The notes: a model not told the origin generated them from the letters alone. A stretch of DNA of 64,000 nucleotides from Rhodospirillales bacterium (GCA_038120295.1 JAYOLL010000003.1:137132-201131), one strand, 5' to 3'. Numbered from the stretch's first letter, positions 39,824 to 50,075 are shown. Translations and numbers: made by a program.

Positions 39824-41458
39824 CTAGCGTTCTGCGACGGCTGGCCCCGGCTCCGCGACCGCGATGGCGTATGCCGTTCCGTTCGAAAGCAGCAGTCTCG
39901 CTATGTCGATATCGTCGTCCTGCCTCGTGCTCGACGGCGGACAGGCCCGGCGACGGTCGGCGGAAAAATGGGAAAGCTGCCTTTGTATGGCGAATCCCGG
40001 CGCAGTGCGGACGTTGTCCGGGTTGGATCTGTCGGACAGGGATTTTCGGAGGACCTCCAGCTTTTCCGCAGACAGGTTGGTGCAGACGGCCGGCACAATT
40101 CCCTCTGATGCGAGCGTCTGGCCTGTTGGAGCGAGTATTCTGGCCCAGGTGATGTTCATTTCAGCCTTGTTCGGAAGGCGTACGATTGTCTGTACCGTGC
40201 CTTTGCCGAAAGACGTGGAGCCGATTACGACGGCCCGGCCCGAGTCGCGCAGGGCGACAGCTACGATTTCCGCCGCGGAAGCCGAACGCCCATTGATCAG
40301 GACCGCCATGGGTGTATCCGCGAGGATCCTGCCCGGAGTGGCGTCGAAAATCTGGTTGCTGCGGGGATGCCGTCCTGTGGTCGAGACGATGCGCCCCTGC
40401 TCGAGAAATAGATCGGCCACGGCGATCGCCTGATCCAGAAGGCCTCCCGGATTGTTCCTCAGGTCGAGAACAATGCCGGTCAGTTTCGAGCCGAGCTTAC
40501 GGACGGCATCCACGATAGAACGGCGTACTGCGCCGACCGTTCCCTGATTGAAGATGCTGACCGAAATCTCCAGTACGCCATCCTTTCGGCGGGTTGTAAC
40601 GCTGGGAGGGACGATATGATCACGAACAACCTCGTGATCGACCGGCAAGGCGCTGTCCGGACGTATGACGGTGATACGGACGGCATCGCCTATATTGCCG
40701 CGTAACATGGCCAGGACGTCGTTAAGTGACAGGCTAAGTACAGGCTTGCCGTCAATCCCGGTTATTCTGTCGCGCGACCTGAGGCCGGCCTTTTCAGCCG
40801 GCGTGTCCGATAGGACCTGCCTGATGACAAAATCGCCGTCATCCGCCTCGACCGTAATGCCAATGCCGCCATATCCGTCCCGGGTGGCGCGGCTTCGGCT
40901 TGCGGCGTCCGGAGAAAGATATCGCGAATACCGGTCGAGATCGTCGATCAGGCCTTTGAAGACTGTCCGGTAAATACCGTCCTGACCTTCAGCGCCAATT
41001 TCGCTGGAGGCGGCGCGCGCATCGCGAATTGCAGCGGCCCCAAGAACGGCCCAGTCATCTATTTCGCCGGATTCGGGTGAGGGATATTCGGAGATGACGT
41101 TGCCATCGAACACGACCCTGACGGCGCCGTCGGCCTGGAAAATCGCCAGCCGGTCGTCGATCGACGCCAGTTGCGCCAGTCCGCTGGTCATGGTTTTCCC
41201 GGTATCGATCTCGTCGATATATCTGTCCTTCAGGTTCTTGAGAGCGACTGAAAAGACCCTGCGGTCTCCCGGGTCGCCGCCGGCCTCGAATACAGGTGTC
41301 GCGCAGCCGCCAAGCAGCGAAACGATCGCGCCGACGATGACGACGCGCGTCGGTTTTGAGCGGACGCCGCTGGCCTGCTTCGCGGAAGAATGCCGTTTCA
41401 TGGAAGTATCCTGAGCGCCTCCGACCTTGGAATCAAGGCGTCTGACGCAGCCTGTCAT
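39824..41458 (-). CDS. ctpA: carboxy-terminal processing protease (S41 family) CtpA
   Basis: 544 aa (or 525 from the second Met); PDZ domain and S41 catalytic region (…GSTSFGKGTVQ… Ser/Lys dyad context). Confidence 0.8.
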   Translation of the reverse strand: MTGCVRRLDSKVGGAQDTSMKRHSSAKQASGVRSKPTRVVIVGAIVSLLGGCATPVFEAGGDPGDRRVFSVALKNLKDRYIDEIDTGKTMTSGLAQLASIDDRLAIFQADGAVRVVFDGNVISEYPSPESGEIDDWAVLGAAAIRDARAASSEIGAEGQDGIYRTVFKGLIDDLDRYSRYLSPDAASRSRATRDGYGGIGITVEADDGDFVIRQVLSDTPAEKAGLRSRDRITGIDGKPVLSLSLNDVLAMLRGNIGDAVRITVIRPDSALPVDHEVVRDHIVPPSVTTRRKDGVLEISVSIFNQGTVGAVRRSIVDAVRKLGSKLTGIVLDLRNNPGGLLDQAIAVADLFLEQGRIVSTTGRHPRSNQIFDATPGRILADTPMAVLINGRSASAAEIVAVALRDSGRAVVIGSTSFGKGTVQTIVRLPNKAEMNITWARILAPTGQTLASEGIVPAVCTNLSAEKLEVLRKSLSDRSNPDNVRTAPGFAIQRQLSHFSADRRRACPPSSTRQDDDIDIARLLLSNGTAYAIAVAEPGPAVAER

Positions 41459-43698
41459 CGACCGTGTTTTCTCCCCCGCCTGCCTCGAACCGGCTGTTTC
41501 CCCGGGCGGTTTCTGCTCCGACCACGGATATTCTCGCCGCCCTGCCGCTCGCCGTTCACGGGTTCCACTGCCAGACGGCCCGTTACGGTATCCGCTTCCG
41601 ACAGCCGGACTTCCATCCGGTCGCCGGCGGTATAGCGTTTCTTGCTTGTCTGTCCGGTCAGCGAGAGACGTCCCGCGTCGAACTCGAACCGTTCGTTGCC
41701 CAACAGAGAAACGGGGAGCAGGGCGCTGACGCCGTACTCGTCGATTTCGACGAAGAGCCCGAAACGCTCCACGCCGGTTACCCGGGCGAAAAACTGTGCG
41801 CCCACCCGATCCGACAGAAAGAGCGTGGCGAGACGGTCGAACGCATCGCGTTCCGCCGCCATGGCCCGCCGTTCGGTCATGGAGATATGTGCGCCGATCT
41901 CTTGGAACCTTTCGCCGGCTTTGGGCGGCAACGCCCCGTCACCCAGGCGCAGTCCCTTTATCAGCGCGCGATGAACCAGCAGGTCGGAATAACGACGAAT
42001 TGGCGACGTGAAATGTGCATAGTCTCGCAGCGCCAGCCCGAAATGACCAAGATTGTCCGGGCTGTAGACCGCTTGCGCCTGACAGCGGAGAATCGAGTCC
42101 TGAATGGCGTCCGCGTCCTTGCGGTCCTTGAGACGGGACACGAGCTGGGCGAAATGGCGCGGGCGGACTGCCTGTCCGCCGCCGAGCGACAGGCCGATCG
42201 TTCCCAGATAGCGCCGCAGGGCTTCCACCCGGTCGGCGGCGGGATCGTCGTGGACCCGGTACATACAGGGCTGGCCGGTCTGTTGCAGCGTTTCCGCGGC
42301 GCTGACATTGGCGAGGATCATGAATTCCTCGATCAGCCTGTGGCTATCGTGCCGAACGCGCGTCTCGACGCCTTCGATCTTTCCGTTTTCGCCGATGGAT
42401 ATGCGTCTTTCCGGCATGTCCAGATCGATAGCGCCCCGTTCCTTCCTCTTTTTCAGGAGCGCGCGGTAGGCGCCATACAGCGCGTTGAGCAGCCCTTCCG
42501 GCAAATCAGGGCTGTCCGTGTCGCGTTTGCCGTCGTGAAGAGCCTGGACGCGGTCGTATGTCATGCGGGCGGCGGACCGCATCATGGCGCGACCGAACCT
42601 GTGGCGAAGCTTGTGGCCGCCGGCGTCGATCCACATGTCGACCGTCAGACAGGGGCGGTCCTCGCCCGGTTTCAGGGAACACCATTCGTTGGATAGCGCT
42701 TCGGGAAGCATCGGAACGACCCGATTCGGCAGATAGACCGAATTGCCGCGTGTCTCCGCCGCTCTATCGAGCGCGTTGCCGGGACGCACGTACCAGGCGA
42801 CATCGGCAATCGCGACAATAAGATGCCAGCCGCCCTTGTTGTCGGGATCGGGGTCCGGTTCGGCCCAGACAGCGTCGTCGAAATCGCGGGCTGTAGCATC
42901 GTCGATTGTGATCAGGAGCAGTTCGCGCAGGTCTGTACGCGCGCCCATCGGCGCGGCCTCGGCATCGTCGGCTTCTGCCTGGGCCTCCTGCGAAAAATCT
43001 ACGGGGATATCGTTTTCCGCGATACACAGCTGCGTAATGGCGCCAGGGTCGTCGGCCGCGCCGATGCGGCCCGTAATCGAAGCGGTCGGCATGCCGAACT
43101 GTCGGCCTGGGAGGACGTCAGCGGTGACGAACTCCCCGTCTTCGGCGCTCCCCACGTCGTCGGTATCGACATGAAAATGGGTCTTCAGCTTGCGGCTGGC
43201 CGGTTCGATCTGGCCGCCTGACGGACTCTTCCTGAATATCCCGAAAATACTGGCGGGGCGGGATTCAAGACGCCGCATGATGTGCGCGACGTAATAGTTC
43301 TCGCTCTTGCGGTCCATCCGGGCGAGAACCCGGTCCCCGATACCCGGTGCGCGGCCTCGCTGTTTGCCGCGCGCGAGGTGAATACGGGGTGAGGCTGCGC
43401 CGGCGTCGCGGCCTGCGATGGCGAGGACCGGTTCGCCGTCGCGGTCCAGCCCGGTGACTTCCAGAACGCAGACCGACGGGATCTTTCGCCCGGCGCTGTA
43501 CCGTCGGTTGCGGGCGCGGTGGATGTCGCCGTTCTCTTCAAGGGCGTCGAGCATTTCGGAGAGGGCGGGTCTGTCGGTCGCCTGCAACCGGTATTCGCGT
43601 GCGATCTCTCGCTTGCCTAAGGGCGTGCGCTGCCCGCGTATGAATTCGAGCAATTCGTCCCGGGACGGAAGGATGCCGGTGCCCCGGGGCTTCGCCAT
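41455..43698 (-). CDS. rnr: ribonuclease R
   Basis: 747 aa; RNB catalytic domain with cold-shock and S1 domains; basic Arg/Lys-rich C-terminal tail. Confidence 0.85.
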   Translation of the reverse strand: MAKPRGTGILPSRDELLEFIRGQRTPLGKREIAREYRLQATDRPALSEMLDALEENGDIHRARNRRYSAGRKIPSVCVLEVTGLDRDGEPVLAIAGRDAGAASPRIHLARGKQRGRAPGIGDRVLARMDRKSENYYVAHIMRRLESRPASIFGIFRKSPSGGQIEPASRKLKTHFHVDTDDVGSAEDGEFVTADVLPGRQFGMPTASITGRIGAADDPGAITQLCIAENDIPVDFSQEAQAEADDAEAAPMGARTDLRELLLITIDDATARDFDDAVWAEPDPDPDNKGGWHLIVAIADVAWYVRPGNALDRAAETRGNSVYLPNRVVPMLPEALSNEWCSLKPGEDRPCLTVDMWIDAGGHKLRHRFGRAMMRSAARMTYDRVQALHDGKRDTDSPDLPEGLLNALYGAYRALLKKRKERGAIDLDMPERRISIGENGKIEGVETRVRHDSHRLIEEFMILANVSAAETLQQTGQPCMYRVHDDPAADRVEALRRYLGTIGLSLGGGQAVRPRHFAQLVSRLKDRKDADAIQDSILRCQAQAVYSPDNLGHFGLALRDYAHFTSPIRRYSDLLVHRALIKGLRLGDGALPPKAGERFQEIGAHISMTERRAMAAERDAFDRLATLFLSDRVGAQFFARVTGVERFGLFVEIDEYGVSALLPVSLLGNERFEFDAGRLSLTGQTSKKRYTAGDRMEVRLSEADTVTGRLAVEPVNGERQGGENIRGRSRNRPGKQPVRGRRGRKHGR

Positions 43699-43709
43699 GG
43701 GTGGGCTGC

Positions 43710-46370
43710 TCAGGCGTCAGTCGCGGCGTCAGCCGTTTTGGCGGCAGCTTTTGCCTTCGGGGTCTTCTTGCGGGCCGCTGTCTTCTTTCCGGCGGCTTTC
43801 TTGCGCGCCGCGGACTTCTTGGCAGCCCCCTTCTTTGCGGCCCCCTTCTTGGCAGCCCGCGCCGCAAGCAGCCCAACGGCCTCGTCGAGCGTGACGCTTT
43901 CTTCGGTAGAGGTCTTCGGCAGGGAGGCGTTGATCTTGCCATGTTTAACATAAGGCCCGTAGCGCCCCTTGTAGACGCCGACCGGCTTGCCGTCGTCAGG
44001 GTGAGGGCCGAGTTCGCGAAGCGCTGTCGAAGCGCCGCTTTTCTTAGGCGGTTTTTCGTTGATCAGCGTCACGGCGCGGTTGAGGCCGATGGCGAGCACG
44101 TCCTCGTCCGGTCCCAGGGAGACATACCCGCCGTCATAGCGGAGATAGGGGCCGAACCGGCCAATTCCGGCGGCGATTGTCTTGCCGGTTTCAGGATGGT
44201 CGCCGATCGTTCGGGGGAGGGCGAGCAGCGCCAGGGCGATTTCGAGCGTAACCTCGCCCGGCGCATGCGATTTAGGCAGTGTTGCGCGCTTCGGCTTGAT
44301 CTGGTTTTTGCCCTTGCCTTCCGCTTCGCCGAGCTGCACATAGCAGCCGAACGGCCCCTTGCGCAGCGAGACCGGCTTGCCGCTTTCCTGGTCATCGCCA
44401 AGCTGTATCGGAAAGACCATGGCGGCATCGTCGTCGTCATCGCCGGTTACAACCGACAGAGGGCGTGTATAGCCGCAGTCCGGATAGTTGCTGCAGCCGA
44501 TAAAGGGACCGCCCCTCCCGAGTTTGAGTCCCAGCCGCCCCGATTTGCAGACCGGGCACTGGCGCGCGTCCGAGCCGTCTTCGCGCGTCGGGAAGAAATG
44601 AGGTCCCAGGTCCGCATCGAGCGTATCGATAACATCGGAAATCTTGAGCGAGCTGGTTTCCTCCACCTTCTCGTGGAAGGCCCCCCAGAAATCCCGGAGC
44701 ACGGTCTTCCAGTTGGCATCGCCGGCGGCGACGCGATCGAGCGTATCTTCCAGGTTTGCGGTGAAATCGTACTCGACGTAGCGCGTGAAATAGCCCTCGA
44801 GAAATGCGGTGACGACACGGCCGCGATGCTCAGGAATGAAGCGCTTGCTTTCCAGCCGGACGTAATCCCGGTCCTGAAGGACCGAGATGATCGAGGCATA
44901 GGTCGACGGGCGTCCGATCCCCAGCTCCTCAAGCCGCTTGACCAGGCTTGCCTCGGTGAAGCGGGGCGGCGGCTTGGTAAAATGCTGCTCGGGGCGCACT
45001 GCCGAGGTCGATAGCCGTTCGTTCTCCGACACTTTCGGAAGGATGCGGTCGGCATCGCTGTCGTCGTCCGCCGGGTCGTCCCGGTCTTCGTGATAAAGCT
45101 TCAGAAAGCCGTCGAACACTACGACCGACCCGGTCGCGCGCAGGATCGTGTTGCGCTGTTCGTCCGCGGTATCAATCGCAACCTGTTCGAGTTGCGCCTT
45201 GTTCATCTGGCTGGCGATTGCGCGCTTCCAGATCAGTTCGTAAAGGCGTCGCTCGTCTTCGGCCAGGTAACCGCCGACATCCTGCGGCGTCCGAGACGGG
45301 TCGGTCGGACGGATCGCTTCATGCGCTTCCTGGGCGTTCTTGGCACGGGTCCGGTAGGTATTGGGCGAAGCCGGCACGTAATCCGGGCCGAACTGGCGAC
45401 CGATCAGCGAACGGCATCCGGTGACGGCTTCCTGCGCCATTTGGACGCTGTCCGTCCTCATATAGGTGATCAGCCCGACGGTTTCTCCGCCGATATCGAT
45501 GCCTTCGTAAAGCCGTTGTGCCGCCCGCATCGTCCGGCTGGCTGAAAAACCGAGCTTGCGTGACGCTTCCTGCTGCAGGGTAGAGGTAATGAAGGGCGGC
45601 AACGGGTTACGCGCGACCGATTTCCGCTCGATCGAAATCACGCTGAAATCGCCGGCCTTGACCGCCGCCTCGGCCCGTTTGGCGTCATCCTCATTGGCGA
45701 GCGAGAAGCGATCCAGCTTCTGTCCGTCGAGATGGGTCAGGCGAGACGTCAGCGTCTTTCCCGCCGCGGTCGCAAAATCGGCCTCTACTGTCCAGAACTC
45801 GGTCGGAATGAACTTCTCGATCTCGGATTCGCGTTCGCAGATCAGGCGGAGCGCAACCGACTGGACGCGCCCCGCAGACCGGCTGCCCGGCAACTTTCGC
45901 CACAGGACCGGCGACAGGGTGAATCCCACCAGATAGTCCAGCCCCCGCCGCGCGAGATAGGCTTCGACGAGCCGTTCATCGAGACCGCGCGGGTGCTGGA
46001 TCGCTTCAAGGATCGCTTCCTTGGTGATTTCGTGGAATACGATCCGCTGTACGTCGACGCCGTCCAGAGCATTCCGGTCGCCCAGAACTTCCTGCACGTG
46101 CCATGAAATCGCTTCGCCTTCCCTGTCAGGGTCAGTGGCCAGATAGAGCGTTCCGGCACCGCGAGTCGCTTCGGCGATGGCATTCAGATGCTTCTCCGAA
46201 TCCGAGCCGACCTGCCAGACCATATCGAAGTCGCTGTCGGGGTCTACAGAGCCGTTCTTGGGCGGGAGATCCCGGACATGCCCATAGCTGGCAAGCACGG
46301 TGAAATCGCTGCCGAGATACCGGTTGATGGTCTTTGCTTTTGCGGGAGACTCGACGACGACTACATCCAT
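43710..46370 (-). CDS. topA: DNA topoisomerase I
   Basis: 886 aa; TOPRIM (VVVESPAKAKTI), active-site Tyr region, Zn-ribbon-like repeats, Lys/Ala-rich C-terminal tail. Confidence 0.9.
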   Translation of the reverse strand: MDVVVVESPAKAKTINRYLGSDFTVLASYGHVRDLPPKNGSVDPDSDFDMVWQVGSDSEKHLNAIAEATRGAGTLYLATDPDREGEAISWHVQEVLGDRNALDGVDVQRIVFHEITKEAILEAIQHPRGLDERLVEAYLARRGLDYLVGFTLSPVLWRKLPGSRSAGRVQSVALRLICERESEIEKFIPTEFWTVEADFATAAGKTLTSRLTHLDGQKLDRFSLANEDDAKRAEAAVKAGDFSVISIERKSVARNPLPPFITSTLQQEASRKLGFSASRTMRAAQRLYEGIDIGGETVGLITYMRTDSVQMAQEAVTGCRSLIGRQFGPDYVPASPNTYRTRAKNAQEAHEAIRPTDPSRTPQDVGGYLAEDERRLYELIWKRAIASQMNKAQLEQVAIDTADEQRNTILRATGSVVVFDGFLKLYHEDRDDPADDDSDADRILPKVSENERLSTSAVRPEQHFTKPPPRFTEASLVKRLEELGIGRPSTYASIISVLQDRDYVRLESKRFIPEHRGRVVTAFLEGYFTRYVEYDFTANLEDTLDRVAAGDANWKTVLRDFWGAFHEKVEETSSLKISDVIDTLDADLGPHFFPTREDGSDARQCPVCKSGRLGLKLGRGGPFIGCSNYPDCGYTRPLSVVTGDDDDDAAMVFPIQLGDDQESGKPVSLRKGPFGCYVQLGEAEGKGKNQIKPKRATLPKSHAPGEVTLEIALALLALPRTIGDHPETGKTIAAGIGRFGPYLRYDGGYVSLGPDEDVLAIGLNRAVTLINEKPPKKSGASTALRELGPHPDDGKPVGVYKGRYGPYVKHGKINASLPKTSTEESVTLDEAVGLLAARAAKKGAAKKGAAKKSAARKKAAGKKTAARKKTPKAKAAAKTADAATDA

Positions 46371-46453
46371 GGCCGCTCAAAACTCATTAGTTTACAAGTG
46401 CTTCGGACCGCATCCGAAGCGGCGATGCTACCCGCCGGGCCTTGCCGGAAGGT

Positions 46454-47584
46454 TTACGAAATCAACGAAACCCGGTTTCCCGGGTGCCGTTCCAGACGTC
46501 CAGCGAGCTCCAGTTCGAGCAATGCCGTCAGGACGGTTGCGGGTGACAATTGGCACTCGCGAAGCAGTTCGTCAACACTTACCGCGACAGGGCCCAGCAA
46601 ATTCTCGATTTGGGCGTGCACCGGTGTTGTGTCCAAATCGCCTATGGAATCAACCGGTTGGAGCTTTAGCTGTGGCTGTTCTGGTTGGTCGAACCTGGGC
46701 GCAGCGGCAGCCAGAAGGTGCGAGGTCACATCGTCGGCTGTCTCCGCCAGGATCCCCCCGTCGCGGATCAGACCGTTCGTCCCCTTGTATCTCGGATCGA
46801 GCGGCGAACCGGGAACGGAGAAAACCTCCCGGCTCTGTTCCAGCGCCATGCGCGCCGTGATCAAAGAGCCAGAGCGCAAAGCCGCTTCGATAACCAGCGT
46901 GCCGAGGGACAGCCCGGAGACCAGCCGGTTGCGCGGCGGAAAGTGCCGGGCAGTCGGTTGCGTGCCGAGGCGCTGTTCGCCGATCACGGCGCCTTTCTCG
47001 ACGATCCGCTCGTACAGACCCTGATTCTCCTTCGGGTAAACCACGTCGACTCCCCCGGCGACGACGGCCACGGTCGTCGCGCTGAAGCCCGCGTCCAGCG
47101 CGCCGCCATGGGCCGCCGTATCGATTCCCCGGGCCAATCCGGAAATAACCTCGAAGCCATCGCGGCATATGCCGAATGCGAATTGCCGGGCGATCTTTCG
47201 TCCCGCCGCGGAGGCGTTGCGTGCGCCCACAATGGCAACCGATGGCCGTGACAGGCGGGCTGCATTTCCCAGCACCGAGAGGACCGGCGGTGGATCGTGA
47301 ATCGCTGCCAGCGCTTCGGGGTAGTCCGGTTCGCAAATGGCGATCATGCGTCCGCCGATCGCATTGAGCGCTTCGATCTCGTCTTCGGTCTGAGCCAGTC
47401 CTGCGATCCGGATAGCCCGCTTCCGGCCTCCTCGGCGCGACAGGTCGGGCGCAGCATCGATTGCGTCGGCGGCGTTGTCGAAATGGTCGATAAGCCGCAG
47501 GAAAGTCGCTGGCCCGACATTCTCGCTTCGGAACAGGCGCAGCCAGTCCCGGCGTTCGGTGTCGGTTAGCGTCTTCTTTTCCAT
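46454..47584 (-). CDS. dprA: DNA-processing protein DprA (Smf)
   Basis: 376 aa; Rossmann-like DprA domain (…VSGLARGIDTAAH…), C-terminal winged-helix; dprA-topA adjacency is conserved. Confidence 0.8.
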   Translation of the reverse strand: MEKKTLTDTERRDWLRLFRSENVGPATFLRLIDHFDNAADAIDAAPDLSRRGGRKRAIRIAGLAQTEDEIEALNAIGGRMIAICEPDYPEALAAIHDPPPVLSVLGNAARLSRPSVAIVGARNASAAGRKIARQFAFGICRDGFEVISGLARGIDTAAHGGALDAGFSATTVAVVAGGVDVVYPKENQGLYERIVEKGAVIGEQRLGTQPTARHFPPRNRLVSGLSLGTLVIEAALRSGSLITARMALEQSREVFSVPGSPLDPRYKGTNGLIRDGGILAETADDVTSHLLAAAAPRFDQPEQPQLKLQPVDSIGDLDTTPVHAQIENLLGPVAVSVDELLRECQLSPATVLTALLELELAGRLERHPGNRVSLIS

Positions 47585-47591
47585 CTTCGCG

Positions 47592-48203
47592 CTATTTCGC
47601 CCCGATCCGGCTTTCCTCGCCGCGGATCAACCGGCGGATATTTCCGGCATGCCGCATCCAGACGAGGACGGCGATCAAAGCGAAGAATTCGGCCAGTTGC
47701 TGCGTCGCGATGAACCAGGCGATCACCGGTGCGGCGGCGGCCGCCACCAGAGCGGCGAGCGACGAGTAGCGGAACAGCGCCGCAACAGCGATCCATACCA
47801 TCAACGCCGCCAGTCCCGCCTGCCAGCTCAGGGCAAGAATGACGCCGAGCGCCGTGGCGACGCCCCTGCCGCCGTGAAAGCGGAGCCAGACCGGAAACAG
47901 ATGGCCCAGCATGGCGCCCAATCCCGCAACGATGGCGATGTCGGGGCCGTAGAGATCGCCGAGCATGACGGTCAGCGCACCCTTGCCGGCATCCAGCAGG
48001 AGGGTCGCGGCGGCAAGGCTTTTCCTGCCCGTCCGGAGGACGTTGGTTGCGCCGATATTCCCCGATCCGATTCCCCGAATGTCGCCCAAACCGGCGAATC
48101 GCGTCAGGAGAAGGCCGAACGGTACGGAGCCCAAAAGATATCCACAGGCAAGGGCTACAGCGATGTAGGGCCAGGAATAAGACCAGCTGATCGGATCGAT
48201 CAA
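47592..48203 (-). CDS. plsY: glycerol-3-phosphate acyltransferase PlsY
   Basis: 203 aa; PlsY motifs GSGNIGATN, …HLFPVWL…GGRGVAT. Confidence 0.85.
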   Translation of the reverse strand: MIDPISWSYSWPYIAVALACGYLLGSVPFGLLLTRFAGLGDIRGIGSGNIGATNVLRTGRKSLAAATLLLDAGKGALTVMLGDLYGPDIAIVAGLGAMLGHLFPVWLRFHGGRGVATALGVILALSWQAGLAALMVWIAVAALFRYSSLAALVAAAAAPVIAWFIATQQLAEFFALIAVLVWMRHAGNIRRLIRGEESRIGAK

Positions 48204-48474
48204 GATTCACCTCACAATAACAAATAGTTGCCAGCTGATTTGGTAACTGTCCATTTTTCTGCCGCCCCGCATCGGTTCGAATACGTTGAAAACAGGGTGT
48301 CGTCGCGAAACAAAATGACTCGCAAAATTGTTACAGAGTCGCAAAAATTCTACACATCCTCATGCCGCTGCACTACTATGTCCGTGGCTAGGATAACCCG
48401 GTCTGCAATGGGTCGGGAGCCAAAGATAAATCAACATCCGGGCAGTCAGGCCCGGGGAAACAGGGGAGAAGGCG

Positions 48475-48795
48475 ATGCAGTTCGATCCGAGTGTTCGGGA
48501 AATGACGAATATGGCGGCGATCGCCGGCGAGGTCACCTTGTTCCGCGCGGTTATCGCTAGGGCATTTCACGACGCGCTCAACCGGCGTGGCGAAGATAGC
48601 AAAGCGGCCGATAGCGAGGCCCGCGAAGCGAGGCTGTTGCGGGAAGAAGCGCGTGAATGGCTGCTCAGCGACAGCGTGGATTTTCGACGGGTGTGCCAGT
48701 GGGCATTGCTGGAGCCCGAAGCGGTTCGCGACTCGGCGCGCTGTTCCCTCAACGTCTTCGAAGACGTAGGTAGCGCCGGCCGCAACGCGGCCTGA
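48475..48795 (+). CDS. hypothetical protein
   Basis: 106 aa; good RBS (GGAGAAGG); no recognisable motif; follows a low-GC 270-bp divergent region. Confidence 0.4.
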   Translation: MQFDPSVREMTNMAAIAGEVTLFRAVIARAFHDALNRRGEDSKAADSEAREARLLREEAREWLLSDSVDFRRVCQWALLEPEAVRDSARCSLNVFEDVGSAGRNAA

Positions 48796-48853
48796 CGCGT
48801 TTCCGACAAAACAGCGTTTAAAGGCTCCGTTCGCGTTTTCGCGGGCGGAGCCT

Positions 48854-49714
48854 TTATTTTGAAGCCCGCTGGCTCCGTTTCAGGATTTCGATCTGCCGGC
48901 TCAGTTCCAGGGCGATTTCCCTGTCCCGCTGCGATGGAACGCGGGGTGCAAGGGCTGCGCGGCGGATACGTTGGTATTTCCGAATTGTCGCCTCCGGATC
49001 GCCGTTTACCTCCGTAAAGTCGAACGACGTAATGCCGCTTACGGCGTATTGCTTGCCCAGCGGCCCGGTAACCAGCCAGTATTCCGGTAATTGCGAATAG
49101 GGCAGACCGGCGCGGTAATGCTCGGTTTCGTGATCGCGCACCTCCCTGTCGATCCGGATCAATTCACGCTCCAGCGCGTTTTCCCGTGCGGTTAGCCCAC
49201 GCGAATCGACTGGAGCCCCCTTATCCTTGGCCAGGGACTCTTCTTTCAGAATTCGGTCTATATCGGCCTGATGGCTGGCCGCGCGACGTCGATGCAGAGC
49301 GCGGTCCTGCAAGGACTGCAAGGGACGCGGATCGAAGGCCGGATTCGCGACCTCCGGAGTCTTTTCCGCGTCGGGTGGTCTGAAGCCTGGTAAGGGCTCC
49401 GTTTCGGGAGGGCGTGTGGCGTTCTCCGGTGGCAGGACGCTCGGCGTTCCCGCCTTTGGCATGTTTTCGGGGGGCGTTGCCGGTGACGGATTCGGTGTGG
49501 CCGAGACTTCTTCACCCGGCGAAATATGGATCAGAACGCCATCCGGTCCGCGCCGCAACGTACCGATCTCTCCCGGCGCCGACGGAAGCCCGGGCGCCGT
49601 TTGCGATCGTTTTTCCAGAATCGGGTCGGCAACCGCCACGGTGTGCGGCCACGACAGGCATAGGAAAACCGAAAGTGCGGTTCCTGCGATTTGAGGTCCG
49701 GTCGCCCGGATCAC
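48854..49714 (-). CDS. secreted proline-rich protein with C-terminal HExxH motif (putative zinc metallopeptidase)
   Basis: 286 aa; signal peptide; Pro-rich low-complexity middle; HETEH near residue 195. Confidence 0.4.
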   Translation of the reverse strand: MIRATGPQIAGTALSVFLCLSWPHTVAVADPILEKRSQTAPGLPSAPGEIGTLRRGPDGVLIHISPGEEVSATPNPSPATPPENMPKAGTPSVLPPENATRPPETEPLPGFRPPDAEKTPEVANPAFDPRPLQSLQDRALHRRRAASHQADIDRILKEESLAKDKGAPVDSRGLTARENALERELIRIDREVRDHETEHYRAGLPYSQLPEYWLVTGPLGKQYAVSGITSFDFTEVNGDPEATIRKYQRIRRAALAPRVPSQRDREIALELSRQIEILKRSQRASK

Positions 49715-49718
49715 CGGC

Positions 49719-50039
49719 TTATTCGGTACGCTGGATCAGGTGATATCCAAAGGCGGTTTCGACGACATCGCTCAACCCGCCGACATCGAGGCCGAAGGCA
49801 GCCTGTTCGAATTCGGGCACCATCTGACCGCGCCCAAACGAGCCGAGATCGCCGCCTGACGAGCCCGACGGACAGTCGGAATGCTCCTGGGCAAGGGCGC
49901 CGAAATCCTCTCCGCCCGAAATCTTTTCCCGAAGCGCAGAGATTTCCTCACCGGCTTCCTCCTTGGTGCGGGAAACGGTGGCGTGAGAGGCGCCGGCATA
50001 GGCGAGAAGAATATGGGACGCGCGTACCTGGTCGGTCAT
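49719..50039 (-). CDS. parvulin-type peptidyl-prolyl cis-trans isomerase (PpiC-like)
   Basis: 106 aa; ASHILL…, GGDLGSF…, GYHLI parvulin signatures. Confidence 0.75.
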   Translation of the reverse strand: MTDQVRASHILLAYAGASHATVSRTKEEAGEEISALREKISGGEDFGALAQEHSDCPSGSSGGDLGSFGRGQMVPEFEQAAFGLDVGGLSDVVETAFGYHLIQRTE

Positions 50040-50075
50040 TGGTAACTCCTGAAAACTGTAGTGGTGGGGGACGGA

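Noticed and set aside
48255-48285. Possible tRNA gene suggested by GGTTCGAAT
   Set aside because: No acceptor, D or anticodon stems can be formed around it; at most a remnant fragment (kept as a low-interest note in the findings).
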